A stretch of 64,000 nt of DNA from Ginglymostoma cirratum (GCA_024137785.1 JAHRHZ010000111.1:34607830-34671829), one strand, 5' to 3'. Shown: positions 24,985-38,519, counted from the first letter of the stretch. Made by a program: numbers and translations. Notes: a model not told the origin generated them from the letters alone.

Positions 24985-26279
24985 TTACCCTATCTCTTCC
25001 TCACAGCTCTATCTACTGTTGCTTCAAATAATTAATCAATTTGCAATCTACTAACTTATTAAAGTTGTTTCCCATTCTTGGCCTCATCAGATGAAACTAC
25101 ATTTTAGCTTCTTTATGCCTGCAATGTCCTTCGTATAATGGGGTGCCCTAAATTGTAAGCAATACTCTTAGAGACACCTAACCATTGATTTTAGTCTTTA
25201 CCTTAGGCGAGAGGTTTTCAACCTGGATGCCACATTATGCTGATGCATGTTGTGAGCACTGTCCAAGTGTGCAAGTGATTTGTACAAAGGTAATAAAAAT
25301 CAATATATGCAAACATTGGATAGAATGCTGTTTAGGATAGAACAATGAAAATTCTATCCAATTTCATTAAACATGCGGAAATGAACTATCAGGCTAAATC
25401 TGCGGTATAGGTCTTTCAGTTGTAAAATGGGAACATTCTAAATACAGGTGACTGAACGGCAAAAATGGAATCTCATGGTAGTTTTTACAAGTGACTACAG
25501 AAACCAGGGAATGACGTTTGCGCTTTTGTTTTGAGACCGCTCATCAGTGGAGCAAGATTTTTGGGTGACTGTCTCGTCAATTCATTCCCAAATCAAAAGG
25601 CTGTGTTCAGACCAGCAGACCAAAGTTTACAACTAACCTGGTAAATTGCAATTTGCTTTGCATTTTGCTCTGATCCCAATCAATTTCAGTTATGAACTGG
25701 TTACATAATTTAAGAAAGTTTTCACTTGCAAAAATACTGTTACAATTTTGAAACTTCACCCGCAGAATTCAGACCCTGAACTGAGTGCATTGTGGATTTA
25801 GGGCCATGAATACTCAGAAAAGGCTGAGTTGAGCAGACTTGGAAAATGCATCAGTGGTCAAAGTCAAAGACGTATTTTTTTCTGGTGGGTTTGAAGTAGT
25901 AATCCATTTGATTCTTGTTTAGCTTGTTGTATGCATTATTTGCAAAACATTCTAGTAAGACTGTAACTGTAGAAAATGCGAGTGAATGTGATATTTATTC
26001 TTTGTTTCATTGAAGTGTGCCATGTTATTGAAAAGGCTGGGAACCACTGCTCTTGACTTCCTGGCCTCTATTAATAAAAAATGGTGTGTAAACAATCCAT
26101 ATCACTGCTCATTACACTGTGTCATCTCTCTATACTATTGCTCATCATGAGGTAGAGTTGTTGCTTCCGTCCCTTTGCTGGAAGAGTTTACAGGACCTGA
26201 TTGGTCTCTAGTGCTGGTGGAGAGTTACTTGTGATTATAATGGGAAGAGGCTTTTGACTTAGCCAAGACTTTAGCTAGC

Positions 26280-26895
26280 GGGAGGCGATGGCCTAATGAT
26301 ATTATCAGGGAGGGTTACTGCATACACCCAGGTAAACTTCTGGGGACAAAAACAGAAATTGTTGGAAAAGCTCCACAGGCCTGACAGCATCTGTGGAGAG
26401 AAATCAGAGTTAGCGTTTCAGTTCTGGGTTCTGAGGAAGGATCACCGGACCGGAAGCGTTAACTCTGAGAAAGGGTAACCGGACCCGAAACAGTAACTCT
26501 GATTTCTCTCCACAGATACTGCCAGACCAGCTGAGCATTTCCAGCAATTTCTGTTTTTGTTTCTGATTTACAGCATCCGCAGTTCTTTCTTTTTTTTAAG
26601 CTCCTGGGGACATGGGTTCAAATCCCATCACTGAAGATGGGGGCATTTGAATCCAATAAAAAACGAATTAAAATTCTAACATTGACTGTAAATCCATTGT
26701 TGATTGTTGGGGGACAAAAATACATTTGGTTCACTGATGCTCTTTAGGGAAGGAAACTGCCATCCTTACCATGTTTGCCTAAATATGACTCCAGGGTCTA
26801 TAGTAATGTGGTTGACTCTTAACTGCCCCCTAGGAATGAGGAATAAATGTTGCCTATGCAGTAATGACCTCATCCTGTGAATGAATTTTTAAAAA
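26280..26895 (+). mobile_element. MetaSINE-like SINE, full length, interrupted by a PLE insertion
   Basis: Head 'gggaggcgatggcctaatgatattatc', B-box 'gggttcaaatccc', core 'ggttcactgatgctctttagggaaggaaactgccatccttacc' and LINE-type tail. Confidence 0.85.
26349..26596. mobile_element. PLE family B fold-back insertion with two tandem hammerhead-like cores
   Basis: Inverted arms, degenerate TSD TAA(A/G)CT(T/C)CTGGGGACA (26333-26348 / 26597-26612), and cores at 26431-26465 and 26465-26500. Confidence 0.85.
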
Positions 26896-27622
26896 TGTAG
26901 TTTGTTGCATGGTAGCCACTAGGGACAATGTTAAAGAGACTATGGGTTAGATCCAATGGATTTTACTCCTTCACAGTCCTAAGTTGCCCTACCATCAACA
27001 CCGTGACAATACAATAATGAAGAGCGCTTTCAGACGCTTACACCAATATAAAACACGTCCTCAACATTTATTTCCCATTAGATGTATTTCTAAATTGATA
27101 TATGTAACCATTTTTGCACCTACCCTTCCAATTAACCTCGGGATTATGAAATCTTCTACTGGTTGTCCTTTCTAAATTAACCTGGCTGTGTCCAACTGAG
27201 GCCAGAGGAGAATGAAGAAGGGGAACCAGTTCATCCGCCTCACTCAGGAATTTAACAATGTGCGGTGTCCTGTCAGGGGCTATAATAACTTGAAGACCTT
27301 TCCCCAGGGCCTTGGTGTAATTATCGGGTCTGGAACTTAAATTGTTTTGGGGCACTTGATTTCTCCTAAAGCAGCAATACATCTAGTGCCAGCTCACTAA
27401 ACCAATGAAGCTTGAAATGAACAGCTAATTTTAAAACCCTTGAAGTGCTTTTTAAAATTTTTACAACCTGTAAAATTGTGCAATTTTAATATTCTTCCTT
27501 TGCCTTTCAGGGTTTAACTCCACTCACAGCTCCTCTGGTATCCATTCACTGTCTATTTGATTGCCATATTGAACCATTCCTACTGGTCACAGGCATTTGC
27601 ACCAAGGAAGTTATGTCAATGA

Positions 27623-28229
27623 TGTTATGGTGTATTTTTTTTTAATGAAGAAAGGTTGAGACAGAGGTGATAAAGTAAATAGCTTGTGAGGCCTCAGGTA
27701 TTTTTTAAGATTGAACAATAGAAGCAGCCTGAATGTATGGGGTCAAGCTCCCACAGAACGGGATTTTTTAATTTTCATTTTTCAGTCACAGTTGCTGGGG
27801 TCTTGAAGCTGGGTTTGGAAGCTGCAGTAAATCCCTCCCTGCTACTCTCTCTCTTAGGGTTTTCTCTTGATGTTTTTCCTCCTCGACTGGAGAACTGCAT
27901 GTGAGACAAACTATTTTACTGAACTTACCTTTGCCAAGGGTGTGTTTATGGAATGTTGTTATCTTGGATCAGTTACTGTTTAGTAGTTCTGTATTCTATT
28001 ATTCTGTTAAGTTTTCCAATAGAGTTAAGTGATTCTAATTTCTTCATTCTTCTGTTGTATTTTAACTATAGTATATGAATAAAGTATGGTTTGCTTCAAG
28101 ACTGGTAACTTGGTCAATCAAATTGCATCTGGAATTCAACATCTGGTACTTACCTTTAAAATAAGAAAAAGTTAGGGTCTAGGCAATCTTCTTCACGTAT
28201 TTTGAGGGGGTTTGGTCTGGTCTGTAACT
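27623..28229 (+). mobile_element. Probable solo LTR
   Basis: Starts TGTTATG, ends ...CTGTAAC, has AATAAA at about 28078 and LTR-like composition. No TSD or second copy confirmed. Confidence 0.4.
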
Positions 28230-28618
28230 TTGGAATGACAAATACTTTAGTTCCAGGGAGTACGATACAGTCTTCTGGTGCCATGCATCTCTCACCAAAT
28301 CAGAAATGCTCTCACCATTTATTGTAGATTTAGCCTTGTTGAATCTTACCATGATGTTCTCTTCTGCAGGATTCATAAATGTTGAGCGTTCCTTGCTGCT
28401 GACTGTCTGCACAATTATCAAGTTTAAAGCTGCATGTGAAGAAATCTCCCGAGCTCCACTGCCACGAATGCAACTAAATGGAACCTGCATTATTAGCTTT
28501 CATGCTCTATGCTCAATTAGTACTGTTGCTCGAGATCCCAGTCGTGTTGCTCACCAAGAGGCCAATTTACTGCCACCAACTCCCACAGGATATGGACTCA
28601 CAGGGCTCGCTTGGTCAG

Positions 28619-28935
28619 AGAATAGAATCCTCATAGAATCTCTACAGTGTGGAAACAGGCCCTTCAGCCCAAAAAGTCCACATGACCCAGAGAGCATCCC
28701 ACCCAGTCCCATCCCCCTGTAAACCCACCTAACCTACACATCCCTGAACACTATGGGCAATTCACCTAGCCTACACAGCTTAGGACAGTGGGAGGAAACC
28801 GGAGCACCCAGAGGAAACCCACACAGACACGGGGAGAATGTGCAAACTCCACACAGGCAGTCACCCGAGGGTGGAATCGAACACGGGTCCTGGCACTGTG
28901 AGGCAGCAGTGCCAACCACTGAGCCATCGTGCCAT
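28619..28935 (-). mobile_element. HE1-type SINE
   Basis: Complete head (ggcacgatggctcagtggttggcactgctgcctcacagtgccagg), V-domain and tail. Confidence 0.92.
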
Positions 28936-30329
28936 CCACCTGTGTAGTGTGTTAGACAAAAACCATTTGTTTGTCCATCAAGAACAGTTCCTTGTCTTAA
29001 ACAAGATGTAGTTTATTGCATGCTAGCTGTCAGGTGCAAGCTACGCTGCTCTCTTAGGCATTGTTACAGAGACTACAAGGAAAATGCTTGAGGTGTAACT
29101 CCTAAGACCAAAAGCCTGTATGGCATCATCATAGTGGGTGGTACTTAATGCAATCCTCAGCATTAACTCCTTCACTCTCTTACAATCTATAAAACAATAA
29201 ATAAAGTAACTAGAAGAGTTTTCTTGCTTTCGCTTATCTGTGCTTTCACATTCAGTTAATCATACATAATCATATTCCTTATTGCTTTCCTACACAAACC
29301 TTTCAGTAGCTTCCCTTGAGTGTATACATCAGTTCCATGATTAACTTCCCAAAATGTGTTAATCCATAATGTATTATATCTGCTCATTACACCTCGTGAT
29401 TTATGTCTTTCTGAAATATTTAACAGTACTGTTCCCTGTTTGCTAAATCACCTCCTTTTGCAGTCTCAGTAAGTGATCTCCACATTCCCAATCATATATA
29501 TTAAGAAAAAACTGTGCCCAACACTAACTCCTAAGGTGCACTAGCAATCTTTCTCCAACCAGAGCGATACTCTCTTCCCTGAATAAACTGTCTCTTCAGA
29601 TCATCTGCTGTAATGAAAACTGAAACTCTCAGGCATTATAGAAACTATTGATTGGTTACAGCACAGAAGCAGACCATTCTGCTTGAAAAGCCTGTGCTGG
29701 CTCTTTGCACAATCAGTTTGGCTACTCCCACTCTCCAAACTTTTCTCCATGAATCAGTAACTCTTTATCCTTCAAGTGCTGATCTAATTCTGAGTTCATA
29801 TCAGTTCTTTGCCCTGCTTCACTTTGTGAAATTAAATCAATCAACACTTCTTTCATTGAGCTGAGGAATGGGCACATTATCCTCCATGGACAGCATTCTG
29901 ATATGTGTCATCTTATACAATACTCTCTGCAGGGAGAGAGAATGTCAATCATTCAAAATATTAATTTTAATGCTTCTCTCTTTTTACAAACATACCCACT
30001 GTGGTCAGGTGTGAAAAAGTCAGGAAAAATAGGTTCATACTTAAAAGAGCTTTACTGACCATCTCTTAAAATTCTGTGTGATTTCCTGATGTGTGTCTAC
30101 AACAGGCACATTTCTCCATTGAGAGTGTTAGTTTATAAAATCAAACCTTAAATACTGAATAAAGACAAAGAACAAAACTGAGGTCTACACAACAGATCTG
30201 TGAATATATATACATGCACACAGGGTTGTAATGGTACAGAAAATGCCTTTCACCACACTGTGTCTGATTCTTGATCCCTTTTTAAGTGTAGGAACAATTT
30301 CTCCCTCTCTACGCTGTCCAGATCTCTTG

Positions 30330-31390
30330 AGCTTTTGGAAATCCCTCAGCTATCTTCTCTCTGAGGAAAATAGTCCCAACATGTCCAATCTATCCTCAGT
30401 CCTTCCATCACCAAGTGTGTCGATCCTGGAACCACTCACATGTAACCTCTTTCCTACTCTATCTAATGCGTTCACATCCTTCTTGAAATGTGGCACCAAG
30501 AGCTGTACACAATATTCCAGCTGAGGTCTAACCAGTGTCCTATGTAAGTGTGGATTTGATTTGATTTAATTTATTATTGTCGCATGTACCTAAGTACTGT
30601 GAAAAGTTTTGTTTTGCATGCCATACAGGCAGACCATAACACACAAAGATCATACGGTGACTGAACAGAGCGAGGGATGCAAATTTACAGCTGCAAAGAA
30701 GGCACACAAAAAGCAAGATCAACATAAGATTTGAAATTAGAGAGGTCCGTTCAGAAGTCTAATAACTGTGGGGAAGAAGCTGGTCTTGAACCTGTTGATA
30801 CATGTGCTTTAGTTTCCGTACCTTCTGTCTGATGGAAGAGATTGGGAAAGATTATAACTGGAGTAGCAGGGGTCTTAGATGATGTTGGCTGCCTTTCTGC
30901 AGCAATGCAAAGTGTAGATGGAGTCAATGGATGGAAGGTTGGCTTGCGTGATGACCTGGACTGGGTTCACACAGTTCGGCATAATCTCTCTGCTCTTGCA
31001 CCCTTTTCCCATCTTAGTGAAGTGTGGAATACTGTATTTTTTAAACAGCTCTATCTACCTACCTGTTGTGTCATGCGACTTATGCACATATACACTCTCC
31101 TCTCTCTGTTTCCACACATCCTTTAGAATAGTAGACTTTGGTTTATTCCTTCTTTCTGTGTTCTTTATACAAAAGTTTATCACCTCGCAGTTCTCTGCAG
31201 TGAGCTTTATTTGCCACTTATCCACTCAATTCACCAACTTTTCAATGAATATTTAAAGGTTTACACTGACGTCCTCACAATTCACAATTCTTCCACATTT
31301 TGTGTCACCCACTAATTTTGAAATTGACCCCTGTGCACCAATATCTAGATCATTTACATGTATCAGGAAAAGGAAAGGACCCTATACTGA
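30330..31390 (-). mobile_element. Old CR1 RT fragment interrupted by a Rex1-like insertion
   Basis: 30330-30545 (LSNAFTSFLKCGTKSCTQYS is the typical antisense reading of CR1) resumes at about 30980-31390. Confidence 0.6.
30552..30975 (-). mobile_element. Rex1/Babar LINE 3' end
   Basis: Reverse complement matches 51290-51667 ('aaccttccatcca...aacatcatc.aagaccc...cttccatcag.cagaag'). Tail 'gacaataataaattaaatcaaatcaaatc'. Confidence 0.85.
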
Positions 31391-31394
31391 CCTA

Positions 31395-31520
31395 AATGCA
31401 ATAGACTGCAGATGCTAGAAATCTAAATCAAGTCAGAAATTGCAGGAGAATTACAGCAGGCATGGCAACTGGAGAGGAGAAACAGAGTTATTGTTTGGAG
31501 TCCAGTATGGCTCTTCAGGC
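31395..31520 (-). mobile_element. PLE family B-related fragment
   Basis: 'gactgcagatgctagaaatctaaatcaagtcagaaattgcaggagaattacagcagg...aaacagagtta'. Confidence 0.65.
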
Positions 31521-32444
31521 CAAAGCTGTATCTATACCGCTACTGGCCCTTTTAATTCATGACCCAATATTTGCCTCAAATCTGCCGTGTGGCCATTGTA
31601 TTGGATGCCTTTGTAAGTTAATGCACTTCATAATCAACAGTCTTGCCCTCATCCACCCTCATTATTACCTCTTCAAAAAAATTCCAGCAAGTTGTTTGAA
31701 AACTATTTTCCCTTATCAAACCCATGCAATGTTAAATATTTTAATTATTTCCTTCAGTTTCTTCAAATTACTACATTAACCAGCTTTCCCTTCTCATTTA
31801 TTTACAATGGATGCTACTAAGTGACCAATGCACCAGCCCTTTTTGGGGCAAACCTGTTAAGCACGCTCACACTAATCAGGGAAAAGAGGTCTCACTAGCT
31901 TGGGTACATGTACAATATCAAAGGTGGTCACATCCCCATGGATATCATACAGGCAGAGAAACCTTGTGTTAAGAGGCCATTAGGGTGCCAAAGCTCTGAT
32001 TCAAGGATGCTTTCCAAAAGTGACATCAAAGCCCACAATCATGGCAGTTAGGAAACTCTGACTGATAGTCCATGCAAATGGTGATGGCAGTTCTAGGGTA
32101 AGAGTTTGCCCCAACCATACCATGTGGTTTGAAAATCTCCACAGGAGGCACCAGCTGTGCAAACAAAACGTTAACAGAGATCACTGTGCACCAGCAAGGG
32201 ATATCTACCTGTACTATACTTGTGGATTTCCAGAAATGGCTAATTCAGTCATCAAAAGGAATGCAGTAGTTGATCTCAACAATGCTCAGCGGCTGCATTT
32301 CCATCATCTCACACAGACAGAAAAACATCAATTGCTCAAAAGAGTCCATTAATGGCCTTCATGAACTGCGATTGGTTCTCACATACAAAATATTGTATGC
32401 AAAGAAGGAACCATATATTTTCTATCCTTTGTTCCCAACAGTGC

Positions 32445-32711
32445 ACAGTTAGCCAGCTCAGAATCAGTTCCTGACATGAGGAGATGTTAAACCTCCAGGT
32501 TATATCTGTCAGCCAGGGCTTTCCTGATTTGAGATAACAAGCATGGGGCTGGATGAACACAGCAGGTCAAGCAGCATCATAGGAGCAGGAAAACTTGATG
32601 CTTCGGGCCTAAACCCTTCATCAGAAATGGGTCTTTCCTGATTTGCCCAGGTTAACAACCATAATCAAGGAGCTGATAGGCAACAAGATCTAGCTGGTTC
32701 CAATCACTACA
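32445..32711 (-). mobile_element. Solo-LTR-like fragment related to 36362-36740 and 42848-43038
   Basis: 'ttatatctgtcagccaggg...tgattt...caggttaacaacc...aatcactaca'; the minus strand begins TGTAGTGATTG. Confidence 0.6.
32532..32632 (-). mobile_element. PLE family A single arm without tail
   Basis: Runs from just upstream of CTGATGA to 'cttgttatct'. 13-bp TSD CTTTCCTGATTTG (32519-32531 / 32633-32645). Confidence 0.9.
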
Positions 32712-33461
32712 CACATCACTTAGACCTATTGTAGAGTAATTAATAGAGAACGTTCACTATGATTAGTCAACATTTTCACTATCATTACATCTTGGAATTT
32801 TCCCATCTAGCAATTCTTATGTTCCAAAATCTGCGCCAAGTGTCAGAATCCTTGTTGATTTTTCATTATTTTTAATTTTATTCAGTTATCAATATTGGTC
32901 TGAAGCTGTGAACTGGGAATTGTGAGCTGAACATGACCTTTGGTCTTTGGAAAACAACTTGTGGTTCAAGGAAAAGACCATGCCAAACTAGCTTCTGTTT
33001 ATTTGTCAATTGCAAGCTTATTCTTGATTAAATTTGTTCTAATAGACACAGGAACCCCAGGAGGAGCATTGTGTTTAAGTAGATTGCAGGATGGGACCAG
33101 TACCTGAGAATTGGATCCAGAAAGTCTGGGAACAAGCATACATTCAAGTAGATGGCAGATGTTGAATGGCCTTTGAGGCCTCAGGAGAAGATGATCAGGG
33201 CAGGATGAGAATGGGGGTTTCTTTTGAACAGTGTATTCTGGGAGAAGGATTTTGACTGTTGATGAAGCCTATTCTTTCATACAGCGGGCTTTTAGAAGTG
33301 CAGAGAGTAGAAAGCTGAGTTCGAAGTGCTGCTACTTTTACGGAAAAGAACTGAGAAGGTGTCCCTGACTGGTGGTTCCAAAAATAAGCAAGCAAGAGGT
33401 GAGCAAGCAAACAAGCAACTGTGAAACATTGGACCATGAAAACCGTTTAAGTTATAACGCC

Positions 33462-35720
33462 ATAAGACCATAAGACATAGGAGCAGAAATAAGGCCATTC
33501 AGCTCATTGAGTCTACTCCATCATTCAATCATGGCTGATAAGCTTTTCAACTCCATTCTCCTGCTTTCTCCCCATAACCATTGATCCCCTTGACAATCAA
33601 GAACCTACCTATCTCTGTCTTAAATATACTCAATGATCTGGCCTCCACGCCCCTCTGTGGCAGTGAATTCCACAGATTCAACATGCTCTGGCTGAAGAAG
33701 TTTATTCTCATCTCCATTCTAAAAGGTCTTCCCTTCACTCCAACGTTGTGCATTCGGGTTCTAGTCTCTTCTACTAATGGAAACGTCTTCCCAATGTCCA
33801 CTCTGTCCAGGCCATTCAGGATTCTGTAAGTTTCAACTAGACTTCCTCCCCCTTATCCTTCTCAACCCCATTGACTATAGACCCATAGTCCTCAAACATT
33901 CCTCATATGTTAAGCCTTTCATTCCTGGGATAAGTTTCTTGAACCTCCTCTGGACCTGTTCCAGGACCTGTACATCCTTCCTGAGGTATGAGGCACAAAA
34001 TTTCTCATAATACTCTAAACATGGTCTGATCATGTCTGATCATGGTCTGATAAAGCCTCAGAAATACATCCCTGCTTTTATATTCTATTTCTCTTCGATA
34101 AATGCCTTCCTAACTACCGACTCAAAGTACAAGTCTACCTTAAGAGAAACATGGATTTGGTCTCCCAATTTGCACTTCAGATTTCTGAATTTCCTCCCTT
34201 TTTTAGAAAGTAGTCCCTGTTCTTCCTACCAAAGTTCATGACCTTGCACCTTCCCACATTGTATTCCATTTGCAACTTCTTTGCCCACTCTCCTAACCTG
34301 TCTAAAAGTTTCTGCAGCCTCCCAGCCTCTACAACACTACCTGTCCCTCTACCTTTCTTTGTATCATCTGCAAATTTAGCCAGAATGCCCTTAGTTCCTT
34401 CATTTAGATCATTAATGTATAAAGTGAAAAGTTGTGGTCCCAACACACCTTTATGGAACACCACTTGTTACCGGCTGCCATCCTGAGAAAGACGCTTTTA
34501 AGCCCACCCTCTGCTTTCTGCCAGGCAGCCAATCTTCTATCCATGCTGGCACATTGCCTCTAACGTCATGGGCCCTTATCTTACTCAGCAGCTTCCTGTG
34601 AGGCACCTTGTCAAAGGCCTTCCTGAAGCCCAGGTAGATAACATCCATTTGCTCTCCTTGTTCTAACATTCTCATTACTTCCTCAAAGAATTCTAATAGA
34701 TTTGTCAGGCATAACCTCCCCTTGACGAAACCATGCTGACTTTGCCCTATTTCACTATGCACTTCCAGGTATCCAGAAATCTCATCCTTCACAATGAACT
34801 CCAAAATCTTACCAACAACTGAGGTCAGGCTAATCAGTCAATAATTTCCTGTCTTTTGCCGTACCCACTTCTTAGACAGCAGCGTCACCTTAGTGATTTT
34901 CCAGTCCTCTGGGACCCTCCCTGACTCCAGTGATTCCTGAAAGATCGTCACTAACGCCTCCACTATCACTTCAGCTATCTCCTTTAGAACTCTGGGGTGT
35001 AGCCTGTCTGGTCCTGCTTATTTATCCACCTTCAGACAGTTCAGTTTTTCCAGCACCTTCGCTTTGGTGATGGCTACCATACTCACCTCTGCCCCCCACT
35101 CCCACCGGCTTTCTTGAATTTTTGGGATGTTATTCATGTCTTCCAAAGTGAATTCTGACACAAAGTACTTCTTCAGTTTCTCAACCATTTGTTTGTTCCC
35201 CATTACTACTTCTCCAACATCGTTTTCCAGTGGTCCAATGTCTCTGTTTTGTTCTTTATGTATCTATAGAAACTCTTGCAGTCTTTTTTATATTACTGGC
35301 TAACTTACCTTCATATTTAATCTTCTCCTTCCTTATTTATTTTGTTCGTTGTCTTCTGTTCATTTTTGTAGGCTTCGCAATCTTCCGGTTTCCCACTGCC
35401 CTTCTCCACATTAAATGCTTTCCCTTTTGTTTTCATGCTATCCCTGTCTTCCCTTGTCAGCCATGGTTGCCTCATCCTCCCTTTAGCATGTTTCTTTTTC
35501 CTAGGGTTGAAATTTTGCTGTGTCTCCCAAATCACTCCCATAAACTACAGCCATTGCTGTTCTACTGTCTTTCCCGCTGTCCCAGTCAATTCTGGTCAGC
35601 TCTTCCCTCATGCCTCTGTAGTCGCCTTTATTTAACTGTAATACTATTACATCCGATTCCACCTTTTCCCTCTCAAACTGCAGAGTAAATTCTTTCGTAT
35701 TATGGCCACAGCCTCCTAAA
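33462..35720 (-). mobile_element. CR1 LINE, 5'-truncated, disrupted ORF2 reverse transcriptase
   Basis: ORF fragments SQHGFVKGRLCLTNLLEFF, DVIYLGFRKAFDKVPH, GVLGPQLFTLYINDL, AKFADDTK and NFFSQSMLNLWNSLP. Tail repeat (cataagac)n. Confidence 0.95.
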
Positions 35721-36361
35721 GTTATCTGGCCAGTTTTGCCATTTTCTTTAATTTATCCCTTAACTGTGTTTGGTTGTCTGTCAGTGTTTTTTTGTGAATG
35801 GGGGCTGAAAACAAACGCTTCAGGTTTAAAGAATAAATGCTAATTAGATTACATTGTTGTTTAATTTTTTTTTCTGCTAAAGCTATTGTATATTTAATAG
35901 ACTAAGTCTTTTATTTAAGATACAAACCTGGTGTGTGGAATTTATTGTTCGCAAGGTTTGGGATTGGTTTTTCAAAAGTCTGGTTAGGAACCATGGGAGT
36001 AATTATTAAGAGTCATCAAAGGTTTTAAGTTTACTGTCCTGCGAATACAGAGACAGAAAGGCTGATTTTGTTCAGCTGTCTGTCTCCATGTCATAACAAG
36101 AGTCTGCTTGCAACAGAGACAGAATGTACTCGCGGCCTAATTTCTAGGGGCAGCGCTCCAAAAGCCTGACAATGGCACTGAAACCAATAGATGGAAAATG
36201 GTCACTACTATCTTTTGGATTTGGCGCTTGACTGATAATCTGTTATTCCTGCAAATCAATGATCCCTGCAGCTTTCCTGAAAGACTCCAAAAGGAGTTGG
36301 CATTGCAGAGGGCAGTGATCTACTGAGGTTGAAATTGTGGGAAGAGAAAACAGGTGGGTAC

Positions 36362-36740
36362 TGAAATAACTCCACAGAGGCTGGTATCCTGTCGCCAAGT
36401 CACCCTTTATTTATACATGGGGATTGCTTGGCACTGATCTTGCTCCCTCAGAGCCAGCTGTCAGAGTGAACAGGATGTCTGACACTCTTCATCTTTTTCC
36501 TCATTGTTGACAGTTTTTTAATCTACCTGTTCAGAACTGCACTTACACACCCCGGGAGCAGTTGGGACTTGAACCCAGGCCAGTTTAGATGTAGGGATAT
36601 TACCACTGCAACACAAGAGGGCCAGATACTCCTGTTTATATCTGTCAGCAAGGCTCCAAGATTGGAACAGATTAACAGCCCCAATCAGGGAACTCATATT
36701 CTATAATATCCACCTGAATGGCCTTGTTACAAATACTACA
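36362..36740 (-). mobile_element. Solo LTR-like element with a nested short SINE (36510-36625)
   Basis: Minus strand runs TGTAGTATTTGTAAC...CCAAT...GATATAAAC...AATAAAGGGTGACTTGG...GAGTTATTTCA (TG...CA termini). Homologous to 42848-43038. Confidence 0.7.
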
Positions 36741-36951
36741 TGTACCTTTACATAACTAATGTTTTACCAGATTTGGGATATTGTCATTCGGACATTATGA
36801 GTGCATTTTAATTTTTTGAGCAGTTGTGATTGGGGACCCCTACATGCAGTAGACATTTCGCTTTACAGCATGTATATAGGTGCTCAGACCAAAATCAGTC
36901 TGATTGCTAGGCTTGGCTTCCAACCAGGTCAACAGGCTGCATAGGAATCTA

Positions 36952-38020
36952 GTGTGTCTTCTGGCCATTCAACACAGCCGTTAATGTTTGACACTTTATG
37001 ACAGAGCAGCTTTCAGAAGATGCAATTTACAAGGATAGCCATTGGATTGAGTTGATCCAATGTCTCAATGCAGTTAGTGGAAGATTAACCTTGAGATGAA
37101 CACTCTCTGAGTTTGGAGGATTTTGGGGCAGGAGTCCAATTCCAGCGGCATCAGTGGTCCAGGTGCAAGGATGAGATGGAGATGGAGACTATGGTGGCTT
37201 CAGTCTGGGAAGAGGGCAGGAGGCATTTCCAGGGTCAGTACAATTTGTTCCTAGTTGATGTGTTTCAGAGATTCAAGGCCTGTGGGACAACAGGATGAGC
37301 TGGAGAAGGTCAGAGGTTTCAAGAGGAGGTTGGAAGGTCCCAGTCGGGAGACCAGAAGCCTCAGAGGCATCGGTTCGGTGGGTGGGAGGGTAGAGAATAG
37401 CGATCAAAGGTTCTGGGAATGGGAATTGGGTGCTTGAAGGGAGACCTGGGCGTGATTTGAAGAATTGCAGAAGTTTGTTGAGGCAGAAATGTTGGATTAA
37501 TGAGTGGGAATTTTACTTCCTATGTCATCCTAACCTTCCTTTCGCTACTGTAATTTCCATTGCCCAGGAAATCCAGGTATTCCAAGTTCATTTAATATGG
37601 TTGGATAAAAATAATGCTTTATCATGATAATTCAATTGTAACTTTCCTCCTGCAAATGGATTACCATAAAACAACGTCATAAGTGGGTTTGGGCTCAGCA
37701 TTTAGATATTTAATACTTCAACCTACCACCTGACTCAATTCATTGGAAGGTCAATCTTTTCCTTTAACTGAGACAGGAGAAGGAATATGTCCTTCTGCAT
37801 AGTCATTTCTCACATTTGTCATCCTCAAAGAAAGGTAAAGGTCTAAATTGGCAGTAGTTTGTCTTTTATTCATATTCTGTCTTTGTTTGTTTCTTTGGCG
37901 CAATTTGAATGGTTCCCTTGGTCCGTCATGCTATGATTTTTCCGGTGTGATCCCTAGCCATTCAGTGCAGCAGTTAATGTTTGACACTTGAAAATAGCTT
38001 TTTGAAGATGCAATTAACAA
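36952..38020 (+). repeat. Diverged direct repeat of about 75-80 bp (36952-37032 / 37945-38020)
   Basis: Both copies read 'gccattca..cag..gttaatgtttgacactt...agcttt..gaagatgcaatt.acaa'. Confidence 0.8.
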
Positions 38021-38519
38021 TAACAGTACCTCATGTTGCTCAAGCAATTGCATTCGAAAGAGAATTGACCTTTTTTTTGTGTGTGGGCTGTAATTTCGAT
38101 AAATTTACCATGCAATGCAAAATGAAATATTATGTGGAATTCTTACCTCAAGTGGATTTACCATTCATTTATATTTTTTGCGGGAGATTAATTGTGGGCC
38201 GTAATGACGGTCTCAAAAATCCCTCGGACTCAAAGTAGGTCTGACTGATAACAGTTCTTAAGCTGCTAGAAGAATGTTTAACAGTTGCTTAAATCAATGT
38301 AAGCAGCAGGGAGAGGTGCCAGTCTTCAGCTCACTGTCCACCAGATACCATTACATGCAAAGATGTTAGGTCACCAGAAAATTAGCTAAAGTTGGAATAG
38401 CTTAAGTAGCTTATTTCTAGTTACCGAGATGACATTTTGCAAGCCTTCTATTTACAAACGAGCTGTGTTTTAACATTTTAAGTTTGTCCCTTTTGGTTTT
38501 GGTGTCTGGGGTCAGTAGG

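Noticed and set aside
34020-34051. Triplicated CATG(G)TCTGAT
   Set aside because: Simple slippage duplication inside a dead CR1.
32820-36098. Possible LTR split by the CR1 (similar impression at 54580-55480)
   Set aside because: An AATAAA and an ...ATAACA end are present, but the boundaries, TSD and a second copy could not be established.
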